A stretch of DNA of 63,392 bases, filler included, from Dimargaris cristalligena (lineage: Eukaryota): assembly GCA_003614675.1 (NCBI GenBank). It is 4 parts of 4 records of this genome, joined end to end, with 100 filler letters (N's around TTAATTAATTAA, not from the genome) between each part and the next. Parts side by side here need not be neighbours in the genome. Positions count along the whole stretch, not along the records: positions 47,646 to 63,392 come from ML002875.1; 3 more parts are not named here. One strand, given 5' to 3'. Each line of letters begins with the position of its first letter. Position 1 is the stretch's first letter. The notes beneath the pieces were generated by a model. It did not search any database. It was not told the origin of the DNA and saw nothing but the letters and a program-made list of their open reading frames with translations. Positions 61,626 through 63,392 of the stretch are shown piece by piece. The position numbers and the translations under genes are program-made.

Positions 61626-62120
61626 AGTCACCCCCGGTACTATGGGATCACCCTATTCAATATAACCATCCCCCTTCCAGACTCTTAGGTTTGCACCACT
61701 CACTCCGGTACTAATTTGATGACTCTTCCAGTTACCACCCAAGTCTTCCAGACCCTCACAACTGTCCGGTCAGCTTATTTAGTATACCTTAGTCTTAGTA
61801 ACATTTCCCTTGGGACCTCCCTCTGGAGTTGTCCCCTGTGTATATATAACTGGGCCCCATTAGGACCAGTTAGTTTCCTTAGCTTATTCATAACCCCCAG
61901 TTTATCCCAATAAACTCTATATATGCTCATCCCCTTGTATTAACTAGTAAGTGTGCCTACTGCATATCCCTTGCATATGCCTGTGCTTATCCTTTATTGG
62001 TTAGTACTGTGCCCTCATCCTAATGCTAGTAGCCTGCTTGACCAAGTCTAAGCCTTGCCTACTGTTATAAGCCTATCCTCGGGACTCTTGACAGACTAAG
62101 GGTGGTTAACCTGGGTGACA
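61626..62120 (+). mobile_element. Solo-LTR-like repeat, family A
   Basis: AGTCAC...GTGACA ends, TATATATAA at 61841, AATAAA at ~61909; homologous to 28643-29149. No clear TSD. Confidence 0.7.
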
Positions 62121-62780
62121 ACCCCATCTCTGATTTGGATTCATATGAATTTCTTGAACTTATGTTTGGGGGTATTAGTTCCATGATTATGTTTTGTCTA
62201 TCTACTACTAACCAGGTGGAACATTTCAACATCTTTTTAGAGAAATATAGGTGCTATAATCAACAAAAGAGATCCACAGCCTGATTGTTTTACAAGATGT
62301 TACAGACAATATTCAAGAAGATCAGTGTACACTAGTGCATTCATTGGATGAGGGTGGATTCCCTGAAGGAGCAGTATTCTTGGCTAGGCAATGGAAATGT
62401 TTCCAAACTGACAGACATGCAAATATGGAGATGGAAGAGTCAGATGCTGAAGAGTCTGCTGAAGTAAATAGTGGGGGGGCCTTGGACCAAGTGCAATAGG
62501 ACATTGTCAACACAGATGATTTGGACAATGGGGCTACATATGCTTGGTGCCTTTTCAAACCAGATGTTGTGGAGGATATGCAGGATATCCTTCTGGTCTG
62601 GGCACTACTCACTAACTATAACCAAATTGATGTATTGATGTTTATGCCTGGATTGGAATCTGAGGAGCACACCATGGTTCTAGAGGTGGAAAAGTCCTGG
62701 ATGGAACAAATTATTGAGTTTGATGTCTGCAATGTTTGATCCAAAACTCCTGGAGCTACTTCAACAGACTTTAAGTGATG
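62121..62780 (+). pseudogene. Decayed CpG-free coding remnant, possibly of the same secreted-protein family as 29396-31390
   Basis: Interrupted frame ...CTLVHSLDEGGFPEGAVFLARQWKC...VQ*DIV...; weak resemblance to MAHIMRKYKLFRSAQFIEETLEC at ~30970; no CG dinucleotides. Confidence 0.45.
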
Positions 62781-62946
62781 AGAATTTAGGGCCTGTCCAT
62801 GGCCCATAAATTCTTGAGTGGTTAGCCAGTGTTGCTTTCATTGGCTAAACCCCCAAAAAATAAATCATATAATATGAGGGAGAGGGTATTTGGGGGCAAC
62901 ACCTCCCATTACTGCACCCCATAGATTTACTTTATGGGCTTTACCA

Positions 62947-63167
62947 TGTTGGAAATACAAAAGTATTATTAATGGAACTGGGTGTCAGGGAAGATAACAG
63001 CTACAAGGCGGTAGGTACCTCTAGGTGGTTAGTTTTATTGAATAGCATAGTCGGCAGGGGGTATTGGAAGCAGTTAAAAGCAAATGACATATTGTAACAA
63101 AATAAACAAATATAGCTGATCAAAAGCAGGAGGAAGTAATAGACCCCTCGGGACATATTTCTCAACA
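62947..63167 (+). repeat. Dispersed repeat family 2, copy B, with terminal inverted repeats
   Basis: TGTTGGAAATA ... TATTTCTCAACA termini; body homologous to 32721-32907. Confidence 0.7.
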
Positions 63168-63392
63168 TATAATAATCTATATGGGAGATGGGGCATTGGT
63201 TCATCACGCTTTACTGTGCAAGTCCCACCCAGATATCCTGCCCTAACTACATCAGACTCCCGCACACCCATACTAGTGGGTGTTCACTGGCATTTATAGT
63301 GACTGTTACACACTCTCTTAATTCCTCTGAATGTATGCTGCAATTTAGGGCAATAAACTCCTCACACCCTTAGGCTAAACACCAGTTTAATA

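Overview
Eukaryotic (fungal) genomic DNA, not prokaryotic: genes have GT-AG spliceosomal introns with CTAAC-type branch points. The window is an artificial concatenation of four unrelated contigs (1-15805, 15906-31677, 31778-47545, 47646-63392; lengths 15805/15772/15768/15747, i.e. size-sorted). They are joined by 100-nt N-TTAATTAATTAA-N spacers, so no synteny can be read across the spacers. Gene content (a Tubby protein, signal peptide + ectodomain + 7TM receptors, many lineage-specific secreted proteins) suggests an early-diverging fungus, possibly a Zoopagomycota mycoparasite such as Dimargaris (inference, not verified). Housekeeping genes: mitochondrial thioredoxin, VAC7 (partial), SEC5 (partial), a PPN2-like metallophosphatase, a coilin-like protein, COY1/CASP, ALG5 and Tubby. 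Accessory content: two paralogous ectodomain-7TM receptor-like genes, a secreted ricin-B-lectin/helical-domain protein, a secreted SBP56/methanethiol-oxidase-like propeller, decayed secreted-protein genes beside solo-LTR-like repeats in CpG-eroded zones, and a ~142-bp TA-flanked MITE family (7 copies). The most notable feature is a pair of paralogous ~80-aa precursors ending in a cationic amphipathic helix (KKGIxKxxG), which look like an undescribed secreted antimicrobial/cytolytic peptide family.
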